63,797 nt of DNA, filler included, from Octopus bimaculoides (GCF_001194135.2; 7 parts of 7 records of this genome joined end to end with filler, not necessarily neighbours in it), one strand, 5' to 3'. Positions 50,379-63,483 are shown, numbered from the whole stretch's first letter. Notes: generated by a model from the sequence alone, not told the origin. Made by a program: numbers and translations.

Positions 50379-51312
50379 TTTACTGTTTGTGACTAGATTT
50401 AGATTTTTGATCCGGTGTACGCAATTGAAGCAGCATTGAAACTGAAATAACTACTTAGGTGTCATACTTAACGTGAACACCATTGACAGGCAACGTTCTG
50501 CAGTTTCATCCGAGATAAAATCCCTTGTAGATGGTCGGTGTTACAAAACACGGTATCGGATGGCTCGGGCGAAAACTGCAGTATCTTGCCTGTCAACGGT
50601 GTAATACGTTAAATATGATACACAGATAGCTATTTAACTTAATGCAGCTTCAGTCATGGGCACTGATTTTTTATTCAGCCCGGTAGTCATTTACTATATC
50701 AGTGAATATATCATTCACTGTTTCCTATATATCGGAGATGACAAATTTCGTCTACGCATATGGCTGACTGTAAGTACACGTATTGATAAGGCTCACAATG
50801 ACCGAAATACATCTGGATACGAGGACATTTTTCTCTCCCCTCAATATATATTATGCTTTCTAACACAGCACTTCTATGAGTGGATTCATCTCGGATGAAA
50901 ACTGCGGTATCTTGTCTGTCAAGATGTACATACATTAAATATGATACATAGATGACTATTTTAGACTTTTGAATGTCTGCATTAAATATGTTCAGCACCA
51001 ACAACTTAACTATTGAATTTTATTCAAGGGTGCATCCATGTGATTCACCTCGGTGTTTGTTTTAAGAATCTGTCAGTTTACCTTTAACATTCAGGAGATT
51101 TTTTTCTATTTTTTTCTTTTGATTTCTTGAATGTTAACCTGCATGTATATATATATGCATTGGGATATATGCACATCCTGCTCCTTAGGTGCACGTCTGT
51201 TAACTGCATTACTAATGATTCTTGCATCTCTAAAGCAGATATGACTGCACGTTTATCGTTCTGCCTGCATTACAACACGTTTTAATTTATCTGTATTGAA
51301 TGAAACACTCAT

Positions 51313-51357
<45 letters not shown>

Positions 51358-51802
51358 CACACATACACACTCACACGTACACACTCACACATATATATAG
51401 ATATATAAACGGTGTTTGGTTTGTATTATCTTTAGTGTTCTGGTTTAATTAACCTTCGGGTGACACTTGGTCAACACACATATATGTGTTTGGAATCTTT
51501 GCATTGGAGTTAGGAAGATCAAATGTCATTTAATGACGCAATAAAGTGTTCCCCGTGATTATTCGTCTTGGTTAAGCATCCGATTATACTTCTAACATCC
51601 AATACGGAAATTTCCAATAACCACTACGGTGAAACGTACGTAGGGAACAAATAGCATAAACTTTTTCTCGATAAATCGTAACTAGTAATACTGCTAAGAA
51701 TAGTTGTAATCAAACCATTCAACTGGAAGCAGATTGGATGGCGACAATTTATGAGGAGCTCTAAACTCAACAGGAGCACTCGTTCATCCAACTCAACGCA
51801 AG

Positions 51803-51848
<46 letters not shown>

Positions 51849-52594
51849 TGTATACATTTGTATGTATAGATGTATATATGTGTATATTATTATTTATATA
51901 CGTGGTGTATATAATTCTTTGTGTGTGTGTACACGCACACATATATATATATATATATATAATAAGAAGAAACGCAGCGAAAATTATTGGTATCACATTT
52001 CTGTAGCATGAGCACAGCTACCTCCTGAATATATAGTTTAAAATATTGTCAAATGTAGAAGCAATAGTTGGACCAAATAATCCATGCTACAATTTCGAAT
52101 TGATGATGCGTCACGCTATTTCAACGACATGCAACACATGATCACAGAGTGTCCATAAATTAGCTTTACAAATTCCAAAACTTATTGAATCTACTTATTG
52201 TCTGCAACCAATGGAGCCCACGTGGAAGTGTTCCGATGTTTCTAATAAAACTTCATTTATTTCGCCTATTTTCCAATAAACTCTGTTGAGTTCTTATTTT
52301 TCATTTTTTTCTGAAGTTTTCAAATTGTAAACATAATTTATGGACGCGCTGTGTGTGTGTGTGTTTATGTATATCTCCTTTAATTTCGTTTACGAGAAAC
52401 GTTTTAAATATGCATATAAAGGCTGGTATTCTGTTACGCTGTCTACAGTCTTACGAATCCAACTGGCGAAACCAGTTTCTTGAGATTGCATCGAGCTGCG
52501 CCGATACAATGTAGGATAAACATAGTAATAACAATAAGAATCCTTGGATGAAATATATGAACATTTTAATGCATCGCTACGCGAGTTTGTATAG

Positions 52595-52850
52595 CGAAGG
52601 TACGTGGCTTAGTGGTTATGGTGTTGGACTCATGATCGTAAGATTGTGGTTTCGATTCCTGGACCGGGCAACGCCTTTTACTCTTGAGCAAAACACTTCA
52701 TTTCACATTGCTCCAGTCCACTCAGCCGGCAAAAATGCGTAATCCTGTGAAGGACCGGCATCCCATCCAGGTGGGGTATATATACGCCATGGAGACTGGA
52801 AAATGAGCCCTTTGTGAGTCGGCATAACTCGGAACTTTACCTCAGTTTTC
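52595..52850 (+). mobile_element. SINE family C, short-tail variant
   Basis: Same head and CORE-like segment, tail GGACCGGCATCCCATCCAGG; relatives at 57608-57840 and 60820-61030. Confidence 0.8.
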
Positions 52851-54710
52851 TTACGCGCGTTTGTTTGTATATATTATAGAAATATTAATAATAATAATAG
52901 ATATATATGCATATATGGGTACAGGACGTCACCAACTGTGTAAGCATCTTGAAGTACAAAATCAAACGAGTTAAATACGCAAACAACGAGAGAAACAAAT
53001 GAAAAACAGGACAAGTAAACACAGAGAGACAGTTGTCAGCTGTCTATCTACTCGAACATTCAACGACAATATAAGTCTTCAAAGACAGTTGCTCCCATAA
53101 ATACTAAAATAAAATTTAAGATTTATGGAGGGTCAAATTTGGGAACAAAAACAGGACAGTGGAGGCATACAAGGAAACAGAACGTTCTTTTATTCTTTTT
53201 TGTTTCAGCTTAAGCGCTACGGTCATACTGGGGCACCACCAGTATTATCTCCTTTTCAATTCCCATTCTTTTGTGATTGGCTTTTGGTGAAAGAGATGGT
53301 TTGATATTGCTGCCTTCTTTTGAGTTCCGTGCCATGGCATAGGTTTATCTGGGACCTTGGTCATCAGAAGGTTAAGTTGTTTCTTGAAAACATCCACTCC
53401 TACTGCGTGTATATTAATGAATATATGTATGTATGTATATATGTATGTATGTATGCATGTATGTATGTACGTAAGTACGTACGTACGTATGTATGCATGT
53501 ATATACGTACGTATGTATGTATGTATGTATGTATGTATGTATGTACGTACGTATGTATGTATGTATGTACGTACGTACATATGTATGTATGTATCTATCT
53601 ATCTATCTATCTACATATATATATATAATGTATGTATGTANNNNNNNNNNNNNNNNNNNNNNNNNNNNNNNNNNNNNNNNNNNNNNNNNNNNNNNNNNNN
53701 NNNNNNNNNNNNNNNNNNNNNNNNNNNNNNNNNNNNNNNNNNNNNNNNNNNNNNNNNNNNNNNNNNNNNNNNNNNNNNNNNNNNNNNNNNNNNNNNNNNN
53801 NNNNNNNNNNNNNNNNNNNNNNNNNNNNNNNNNNNNNNNNNNNNNNNNNNNNNNNNNNNNNNNNNNNNNNNNNNNNNNNNNNNNNNNNNNNNNNNNNNNN
53901 NNNNNNNNNNNNNNNNNNNNNNNNNNNNNNNNNNNNNNNNNNNNNNNNNNNNNNNNNNNNNNNNNNNNNNNNNNNNNNNNNNNNNNNNNNNNNNNNNNNN
54001 NNNNNNNNNNNNNNNNNNNNNNNNNNNNNNNNNNNNNNNNNNNNNNNNNNNNNNNNNNNNNNNNNNNNNNNNNNNNNNNNNNNNNNNNNNNNNNNNNNNN
54101 NNNNNNNNNNNNNNNNNNNNNNNNNNNNNNNNNNNNNNNNNNNNNNNNNNNNNNNNNNNNNNNNNNNNNNNNNNNNNNNNNNNNNNNNNNNNNNNNNNNN
54201 NNNNNNNNNNNNNNNNNNNNNNNNNNNNNNNNNNNNNNNNNNNNNNNNNNNNNNNNNNNNNNNNNNNNNNNNNNNNNNNNNNNNNNNNNNNNNNNNNNNN
54301 AATTACCAGGAAGCTAGCATATTTAAAGAATCAAAGAGATTCAGAAACAGTATCTGCAATCTCAGGGGATTAAAGTATATTTTTATATATAACGTTGACC
54401 ACTAACGTGGACATTCAATGTGCTAGAAATAGATCACATCTTGTGTCTATTAAGACCTAAATTGTTCTCAAAACGAAATTTAACGGAATACCAAAGCGTA
54501 AGCGGGCAAGACATTTAAAATTACCGAAAGAAATCATTATTAAACAGGGACCGGTTTCAAAATTAACAATCTTACCGACTGTCTGTTTCTCTTCAGCCTG
54601 ATTCGTAATGTAACCATAATCCTCAGAACCCTATACAAAGTTGCCCACCGTCGTAGGTGCACGTGTATATGGTTCTGTTACACACGTTCACCTATTATAC
54701 ACACACACAT

Positions 54711-57364
54711 TAGAGTGGCCCTTATTTTTCAACTTTCTAAAAGTTTAGCTCCCACCCCCTTTAACCTAAACGACTTTCAAGAAATAATGTTGCACTGGGA
54801 TGGAAAGCTGCGCCCAGCACTCACAGGCGTTGAAAAGGTTGATAGACTGGCAATAATAGTAACTTTTCAAGGAAAGTAACAATTATTGGAAGTCCTTGAA
54901 ATTCAAACATCTTCAGGGGAACAGCAAGCTATGACTGTTTACCAAGCAGTGGAGATGTGTGGGCATAACCGACAAAATTCAGGCACTTTTAATACAACAG
55001 CAAGCAACATAGGTCGAGTGAATGGTACCAGTACAAATCTATAAAAGTTGTTCAATCGCGGTCTGTTGTACTTCCGTTGCTGTCATCACATTTTTTAGTT
55101 AGTTTTTAGGAGCTGTTTTAACTCACTGATGGGTGCCACATGTCTGGCCCAGACATGACGTTTTTCAAAAGAGTTAGAGAAACTTGGACGAAGCTTAATA
55201 AGAATGTTTACATAACTGGTAGCAATGAAGTGCCTGATGATGTCCGGTCTACCATTCTTGGATTTCTTGAACACCACCTTTCTACGCAGAAACAACAGCA
55301 AAATGATTACCGGAATTGTTGGAATTAACGCTGCTCTTTCTTGGCGGCATTCCGAAGAACGAGATATCGTTTCGTACACCAGGTGAATCCGAAGAACGGG
55401 ATATCGTTTCGTACACCAGGTGAATCCGAAGAACGGGATATTGTTTCGTACACCAGGTGAATCCGAAGAACGGGATATCGTTTCGTACACCNNNNNNNNN
55501 NNNNNNNNNNNNNNNNNNNNNNNNNNNNNNNNNNNNNNNNNNNNNNNNNNNNNNNNNNNNNNNNNNNNNNNNNNNNNNNNNNNNNNNNNNNNNNNNNNNN
55601 NNNNNNNNNNNNNNNNNNNNNNNNNNNNNNNNNNNNNNNNNNNNNNNNNNNNNNNNNNNNNNNNNNNNNNNNNNNNNNNNNNNNNNNNNNNNNNNNNNNN
55701 NNNNNNNNNNNNNNNNNNNNNNNNNNNNNNNNNNAGATATCGTTTCGTACACCAGGTGAATCCGAAGAACGGGATATCGTTTCGTACACCAGGTGAATCC
55801 GAAGAACGGGATATCGTTTCGTACACCAGATGAATCCGAAGAACGGTATATCGTTTCGTACACCAGTGGAATCCGAAGAACGGGATATCGTTTCGTACAC
55901 CAGATGAATCCGAAGAACGGGATATCGTTTCGTACACCAGGTGAATCCGAAGAACGGGATATCGTTTCGTACACCAGATGAATCCGAAGAACGGGATATC
56001 GTTTCGTACNNNNNNNNNNAACGGGATATCGTTTCGTACACCAGATGAATCCGAAGAACGGGATATCGTTTCGTACACCAGGTGAATCCGAAGAACGGGA
56101 TATTGTTTCGTACACCAGGTGAATCCGAAGAACGGGATATCGTTTCGTACACCAGGTGAATGTCAGAAGCAATTTACACATTCAAGATAAATCTGTTTCA
56201 AGATCAATTCCAGTTATCTCCTGGGGAGAAGAACTCTTTAAGAAGATGTATTTTTCTTGCTCAAGTGTATGTTCGAGCCTGGTTTCTGTCATCAGAAGTA
56301 ATTAAAGCACCTCATTATTTCCTATTCATGTGTCAATTGATAAATTGCCAGGATATCGATCCAGAAATCAGTAAGGCTGCTGCGAAAAAATTTTCCATTC
56401 ATCTCAGGTACTTAGCTCCCGAAACTGTGGTTCTATCCATATTTGATGAAAATGTTCCAACAGAAGTGAGGGCAAACATTGCTCAAGTTATGCTGGAAGT
56501 CGACAAAGGTGAAAAAGAGGAAGAAGAAAAAAATCAACTGGAGAGGTAGATTCTGCACCAAAATGACTTTTCTTCCTTTACAAACATTGAGTTTTCGTCT
56601 TTTGTAACTCCTGGTACAAAAACTTTCTTCACGAGATTTTCTATCAGCACCGATTTCCACGACAAAGACCCTTCAGCATGGAAGGATGATCCTAGTTACA
56701 AAAGTGGACTTGAAAAACTTGACAAGACAGTTGTTGCGAATGATGTTGCAGAAAGAAGTGTCTAACTCCTTCAGCATTACAATAACATTCTCACAAAAGA
56801 CTGAGAAACTGAGAAACGATTCGTTTTACAGATCGTTACCGAAGACCGTAAAACATACCCAACTGCCACTAAATCCTCTCTTATACAAAAAATAATGTTC
56901 AATATTCAGTGTTCAGTGTTCTCATTATGCTTTTGGTCCTAGAGAAATTATTGTTATAAATAAATATGCGTTTCTCTTATAGAAGTTGTGTGCTTTATTA
57001 AGAAAACCTAATATTTCTTAAGTTTTTCATCCTATTCCAGGAATTTTTCAAATTAGCTATTTATAAATTTGGTTCAGAACGTTTTTAAACATTTGTTGGG
57101 GTTTCTTGGATGTGTCCACATAAATTTCTCTAAAAAGAAAAAAAGAAAATGGCGGAGAAAGGGAACAGTATATCGCTTTTGAAAAGAATTAATCGTTGCG
57201 TATATTATGTTCCAACTTCAAGGCGTTTGAGGGTCGCCTAGCTGTTGTCTGATTATGCTGAAATTTTGCACACCCCGTTATTTTGTTTATAGAAACAAGA
57301 TTAGGGGGTGGGAGCAGCAAAATTGTAACTTTCTAAAAATTACCTATTGCTTAGGGCAACTCTA
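54711..57364 (+). mobile_element. hAT-like DNA transposon (HWDGK / TTASNxG / CxHH family, possibly hATm-like), decayed
   Basis: Imperfect TIRs TAGAGTGGCCCT and AGGGCAACTCTA plus subterminal GCTCCCACCCCCT inverted match; LHWDGKL, NTTASNIGR, RCCHHI, DYR..LELTLLFLGG, AIYTFKINLF and HLRYLAPE in order, with stops and frameshifts; no clear TSD. Confidence 0.8.
55352..56161. repeat. 37-bp minisatellite inside the transposase ORF
   Basis: Unit CCGAAGAACGGGATATCGTTTCGTACACCAGGTGAAT; GATAT starts at 55363, 55400 and 55437; about 15 units visible, two gaps. Confidence 0.95.
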
Positions 57365-57386
57365 ATATAAATATATGCATATATAT

Positions 57387-57418
<32 letters not shown>

Positions 57419-57518
57419 NNNNNNNNNNNNNNNNNNNNNNNNNNNNNNNNNNNNNNNNNNNNTTAATTAATTAANNNNNNNNNNNNNNNNNNNNNNNNNN
57501 NNNNNNNNNNNNNNNNNN
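57419..57518. other. artificial scaffold-joining spacer
   Basis: 44 N + TTAATTAATTAA + 44 N. Confidence 0.95.
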
Positions 57519-57607
57519 TATATAAGCATTTTAACATGAAACTGAAAGATAACTTAAAACTTTTTAGTAGGGTTTTATTAACTTTTACAAAGAAATGGTT
57601 GATAGTG

Positions 57608-57840
57608 GAGATGCGTGGCTTTGTGATTGAGGTGGTCCACTTATAATCGTATGATTGTGGATTCGATTCCTAGACCGGGTGATGCGTTGTATGTTTGAGC
57701 AAAACACTTCATTTCATGTTGCTCCAGGCAAGAATGAGTAATTCTGCGACGGACTGGAGTCCTATCCAGGGAGAATATGTACACCACAAAAGCCGGGAAA
57801 ACGGCTTTATGAGCCTATGGCTAGGGAAGGAACTTTGAAC
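57608..57840 (+). mobile_element. SINE family C, short-tail variant
   Basis: Aligns with 52595-52850. Confidence 0.75.
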
Positions 57841-58764
57841 CTTGAATACCAAGGTTTAAAACTAAAATATAATTTTATTTATGAATTCATTTTTACATAA
57901 GGATCACAATAATTACTTTCTATTACTTGTCTCACAGCAACGAGAGGAAATGAAACTTTAAACTTACTTTTAGAAGCGATTGTGACAACATGCCATAGAA
58001 TATATATATTTGCACAAATAAGTAGCTTTCTCGAGAAACAGTTATTACAGTTCTGTTAGTACAAAGTGATGCTTTATTACCTTATTTCCCAAGTAAATCG
58101 ACATTTGACATAGTTGATAGTGACAGGAAAATTTATCATATATTAAGCAATCGTGGAACGAAGCACATGATTCTTTTCCTTGTGCAACAGAAGTTGAATT
58201 TACTCTACGCTGAATTTCAATCTATGCATTCCAGGTTAATATCCTCTGTATTTAATGGCATCATTAGAATGTAAAAATCTATTGAGGTTCTTTATCAAAG
58301 ATGCATTTCTGCAGGACATGGAATCAACAGAAATAGATGAGAAGCAATAAAAGTAATTACAAAAACATTAATGATGTTTATCTTGGAGAAAAGGGAACAA
58401 CACATTCAATAAAGGAATTCTGTGACGGTGAAATCAGTCCTGGAAGATTTAAAACTGATTTGTTTGGAATCCCTTGTGGAATCTTGTTTTCAGATAAGTG
58501 GTTTCAATTTCAGTGGAGATATTAGACACAAAAATAGCTCATGATATTCATTAGCTGTTCATTTCGCCTCCATTGTGCCGGAAGAATAGAGCAAATAATC
58601 TTGATAATCTATGGAGGAGTTAGTCTTTAATGGAAGGACAATTTACATATCCTTACAGGAAATATTTCTGAATTTTGACACTAAAGGATTCCTTAATTCA
58701 AAATATGATTTTTTAAAAACTAAAATGTTTAATCAGTTTAACTGTTTTGCTAACATCCCTTCTA

Positions 58765-59145
58765 ATCCTTGTTTTACTTGTTTCATTAACAGGACAGTGG
58801 TCACGCTGGGGCACTTCCTTAAAGGGAACAACTTGACCCCAGTACTTATTCTATAGGTTTCTTTTACCGAACCGTTAAGTTGTGGGCACGTCAGTTAACC
58901 AACACTGGTTGTCAAGCAATGTCAAATACTCTACTATTGGGGACAAACAAAAGCACCAAGATACACGCACACATGTACACACACACGCTTGCATACACAC
59001 ACACACACACACACTCATACGATTACGATTAACTTCCACACAGTTTCTGTCTAGCGAAGTCACTTGCCCATGGTATCGTGCAGTGGGAATGAACCAGAAA
59101 CCACGTAGCTGCAAAGCGAGCTTCTTGCCCACACGGCCATGCCGG
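58765..59145 (-). mobile_element. SINE family A
   Basis: Tail, internal (CA)n and decayed head. Confidence 0.8.
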
Positions 59146-60237
59146 TTGTAAGCACTGAAAAACTATTTTCGATAACGTAAAAACAATACAAAACAAAATC
59201 AACGAGAATCACAAATAATATACTGTTTGAATAGAAATTGAAGAAACAGAGGAGGCGGGGTGGGGGTGGGGCGGTAATTATTGTGATCTATATGTAAAAA
59301 TAAATAAATGAAAATACAATTATATTTTAGTTTAAACTGTGATATTTTTAGTGCTTTTTCATTTTACTTTTTTGCGAGCTTAATTTGAAGGTTTCCTTGA
59401 AATCTCATAAGAAGTCCTCTCAACGAATTGCATCAAACAGCAGTGGTTTCATATACGCACATAATTATATACATATACATTTATCAAAGATAAATTTAAA
59501 TTAACTAATTCATAGTTTTAAAATCTTTGATGTGAATTTCTAAACAGATCTAAACGAATCTTGTTATTATTTTCGTACAGAAAAAAAGAAAAAAAAAGAT
59601 TGCCCTAATATATTTCATAGTTTATTGGCCATTTATCAAAGGATGAGTAGCACCTCGGCCTTCATGAAAATAACTACAAAGCAATTGCTATTTAAATCAA
59701 AAACAAACCAGAACTTAGATGTAGTTCGTTTGTCGGCAGCTTGATTTATACACAACATAACTTGTATCAGAAGCCTAAGATAAATTTAATGAAGTTAAAC
59801 TACAGATTTAAAACTTTTCCTAAGAACCTTCAAAAAGATATAGTTACATCGTATTATTTTCGTACACAAAAAATAAAGGAGTCTGCCCTAACATGCTTCA
59901 TATTTCGTGGACAACTTATCAAAGGACAAGTAGTTATTCTTCTACTCACGAAGAGAACTATATAGTGATTCCTGTTAAGATCTATCACAAGCTAGAACTT
60001 ATCTATAATGGTTTGGCTAATTTGCATACCATACTTTTGTCGGTTAGAGGAACATCAAAAAGTTGTAATCCGAGGAGAGAGAAAAAACAGGCTTGTCTAA
60101 TCATTTGTGAAATACAAACAGAAGTATCCAACTCCCGTGGAACAAAGTCAAAGTAATAGATAGGAAACAACACTGGAAGATTAGGCGACTAAAAGAAACA
60201 GCACTTATACTGGGTTTGAATGACGTACTTAGAAGAC

Positions 60238-60578
60238 CTAGCCTTGGGAGGACGAACGCCATATTCCATTAAACCTATCACTCCCTAATAACCATAGGCC
60301 ATCGACGACTTTTCTCTGCTTTTCTCGACTTTGGATTGTCTTTATCTCCCTAGAATTTTGTTGGTTTTGAATCGCCGCCGACGCTTCTGTAACTTTGCAG
60401 GGTGTGTTGGCCCTACGCAAACTAATGTTTAACTCTGGGAAGAGATGGTCTATATTAGTCTGGTCATTGTCGCGCGACCCGTTTCGCATTGGAGGTCCTA
60501 CAAGGATCTTGTGTTTAGCTGGTATAGCTGTCAGAGTCATATGGCTCACAGGCCACCACATCACTGCAAGAACTGGAC
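60238..60578 (-). CDS. candidate terminal coding exon, unknown product
   Basis: Pyrimidine-rich acceptor ...TTCCTCCCCCCATAAG, open frame to TAG; visibly more GC/CpG-rich than its flanks; non-repetitive peptide PVLAVMWWPVSHM...VVDGLWLLGSDRFNGIWRS. Confidence 0.3.
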
Positions 60579-60819
60579 CTTATGGGGGGAGGAACACCAT
60601 ATGGAAGATTGATGTAGGAAGAAAGAACATTAAATCTACTTTATAAAATAAAGTTTAAAGCTCTTAATTATTACTAAATAATTGTACATTAAAGCAGTGA
60701 AATATATCTTATGATCCGGTTCATTCCACTATTCAGAATGTTAATCGTTTGGCGGTTAGTTTGTCTTTAGATGATGGGGGACCACTTGGGAATACTAGGT
60801 GCTGTAAGACTTTTGTTTG

Positions 60820-61030
60820 TGGAGGCGCGTGGCTTAGTGGCTAGGGTGTTGGACTAATGATCGTAAGATTGTAGTTTCGATTCCTGGACCGGGTGACACG
60901 TTGTACTCTTGAACAAAAGACTTCATTTCATGTTGCTTCAGTCCACTCAACTGGCAAAAATGAATAATCCTGACGGACCGGTGTCCAATCTATTTGGGCA
61001 ATTTATACGCCATGAAATCGAGAAATCGGC
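60820..61030 (+). mobile_element. SINE family C, short-tail variant, followed by a SINE A head (61034-61081)
   Basis: Aligns with 52595-52850. Confidence 0.75.
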
Positions 61031-61081
61031 CCGTAGGCGTAGGAGTAGCTGTGTGGTAAGTAGCTTGCTTACCAACCACAT

Positions 61082-61181
61082 NNNNNNNNNNNNNNNNNNN
61101 NNNNNNNNNNNNNNNNNNNNNNNNNTTAATTAATTAANNNNNNNNNNNNNNNNNNNNNNNNNNNNNNNNNNNNNNNNNNNN
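61082..61181. other. artificial scaffold-joining spacer
   Basis: 44 N + TTAATTAATTAA + 44 N. Confidence 0.95.
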
Positions 61182-62286
61182 TGAAAATATGATGATGATG
61201 GTGTCTGCCTGTCTTTGTGTATGTGTGTCTCTCTCTCTCTTTATATATGTGTGTGTGTGTGTGTGTGTACTTGTTTGAAAGTTGATGATTGACTCTGTCA
61301 CTACTAAGAGTTTCCTTCGATGTGTGTTACTTGAATGTTGACACAGCAAGAAATGAGGAGCAACAGAATGAACAATCAGCTTTAAATGAATGAATAAACT
61401 CTTCTACATGTATACACTATGCAGTACTTTTCCATGTATTGAGTACTTATTTAACTATACATGTATGTGTGTCTGTCTGTGTTTGTTGGAGAATGCTAAA
61501 GTAAGTTTGGTATTGATAATCATCAAGTAGTGCTCAGCTAAATCAAAANNNNNNNNNNAGTAAGTTTGGTATTGATAATCATCAAGTAGTGCTCAGCTAA
61601 ATCAAAACTTAAATTCTGACTCCTTCATTGAACGTGTTTCAGATGAAACCTGATTGGTGCTATTACCAAGTATATTATGTTATAAAGTCCCATAATACTA
61701 TAGATGTATGGAGATTGTGTTACTGTCATCAAAAGAATCTGATTATTAGCATAGTGTTTACAAATATATAAGTTTAATGGGAAGCTGCTGGAGGAGTAGA
61801 ATGGCAGGGGAGGGAAAGATGGGAGTAGGGTGGGGTAACTAAAGTGAAATTAGTATTAGAGGACATCAGTTGATGTCATCCAGAAACAAGAGACATACAG
61901 TAGTTAAGGAAATGAGCAAGAAGAAGAAAGGGAAATCTATCAAAGAATAGATAATGATAGTAGATGTTTAATGGTGTAAAGTACAGAGGAAGGAGCAAGT
62001 GGTGTGTATCTATCAAAGTACAGTAGCAGAGATAAGAAAAGAGTGTAAAGTGTGTGGAGATAATTGGTTGATCACACCAGGATGCAGGTTATAGAGTGGC
62101 GTGGAGATAGAGATTGGTGAGATAATCTGAAATGGACTTGTGATGATAGTGTGGTTGTTAAGGGGGACGAGTTTGAGATAAAGTAAATTAGGTTATTTAT
62201 GGTTGGAGCATAAGGATTTAATCTGGCCATGTCTAACCCAAATATTCTACCAGTTTTATGTTAAAACTAACCAAATCTAACTTCTC

Positions 62287-62386
62287 NNNNNNNNNNNNNN
62301 NNNNNNNNNNNNNNNNNNNNNNNNNNNNNNTTAATTAATTAANNNNNNNNNNNNNNNNNNNNNNNNNNNNNNNNNNNNNNNNNNNN
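62287..62386. other. artificial scaffold-joining spacer
   Basis: 44 N + TTAATTAATTAA + 44 N. Confidence 0.95.
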
Positions 62387-63483
62387 TATACACAAATATT
62401 CCCATACGTACATGGTCCCTGGCACCAACGTTATTCATTGCGTTTTGAAAGCTGTTTCTATTTTAAAAAATTTGCTGGGTGCGTGCGTGTTAGTTCTGTA
62501 TGTAGTGGATGGGTCTATGTGGAAGTTCTTTCCAGAGGAGTTAATAATAATCTAATAGCAATAATAATAGTGATAATGATGATGATAATAATAACAACAA
62601 CAACAACAACAACAGCAACAACAACAATAACAATAATAATAATATGCCAACTTCTTGAACTTTGTGGTGAGGTGTTCCGTTATTTTTCTGTGTAGAAGAT
62701 CAGGTCATTCCATGGGTATGGGAGATTCTGCTACTATTTGGGGAGGGGTAATTTATACAGTTAATTCCTCTCATCTAATTGGACAACTATTGTTTTAAAC
62801 TATCTAGGCTTAGCTACAGTTGGATAGACACCAACCGGTCAAGAGGGTTAGGGTGCGCATGCATACGTACACATACACACAAACACACGCGTGCTATATA
62901 TATTTATAACTATATACACGCGTACATATATGTATATACATATATACATACACACGCACACATCCCTTCATTTCACTATATACTTATATAGATGGAGCGA
63001 TAGTTATTTATCAAAAGACGATGAAATTAATAGGGAAAGTCTGAAGGCTGTTTTGCGTAACATTATTAAGCGTATGTAAATTTTATCCGTCTAATTGGCT
63101 ATACAAATGCTTGTGCAAAACAACTTTTTGCGCTGCCCTGATTATACATAGCAAGGTAATCCCTTTTCGCAGGAGCTAGGAGAGCAATTTCTGATGAAAC
63201 AATTGCTGGTGATCTGTTGCTACAGTTTTGCCAGAATTCTATCAGATAGGGCAGAAGATGTTGATGCACCATTTTGCATTATGTTCAAAGTAGCTTCTGG
63301 AATGTGGTGAATTGCTGCAGTTTGTTGCTGTCATTTTAAACCGGTTGCTGTCTTTCCCCAGCAAACTCTCTTCTTTGGAGGCATAATCTATGTATATATT
63401 AAACAGAACAACAAAAGTTATAATAGATGGCAGAGTCGGTACTTTTCACATACCTGTAATTTTTCAGATTAACACCCGCACGA

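Noticed and set aside
55352-56161. CRISPR array (37-bp repeats)
   Set aside because: Units are contiguous with no spacers, there are no cas genes, and the context is eukaryotic.
55095-56181. Long minus-strand ORFs with a 37-aa repeat (YETISRSSDSPGVRNDIPFFGF...)
   Set aside because: Artefact: three 37-bp units make 111 bp, and the antisense unit lacks stops. The source sequence is transposase on the plus strand.
63200-63395. MPPKKR-starting minus-strand fragment
   Set aside because: Stops in every frame; too little to assign to a gene or element.
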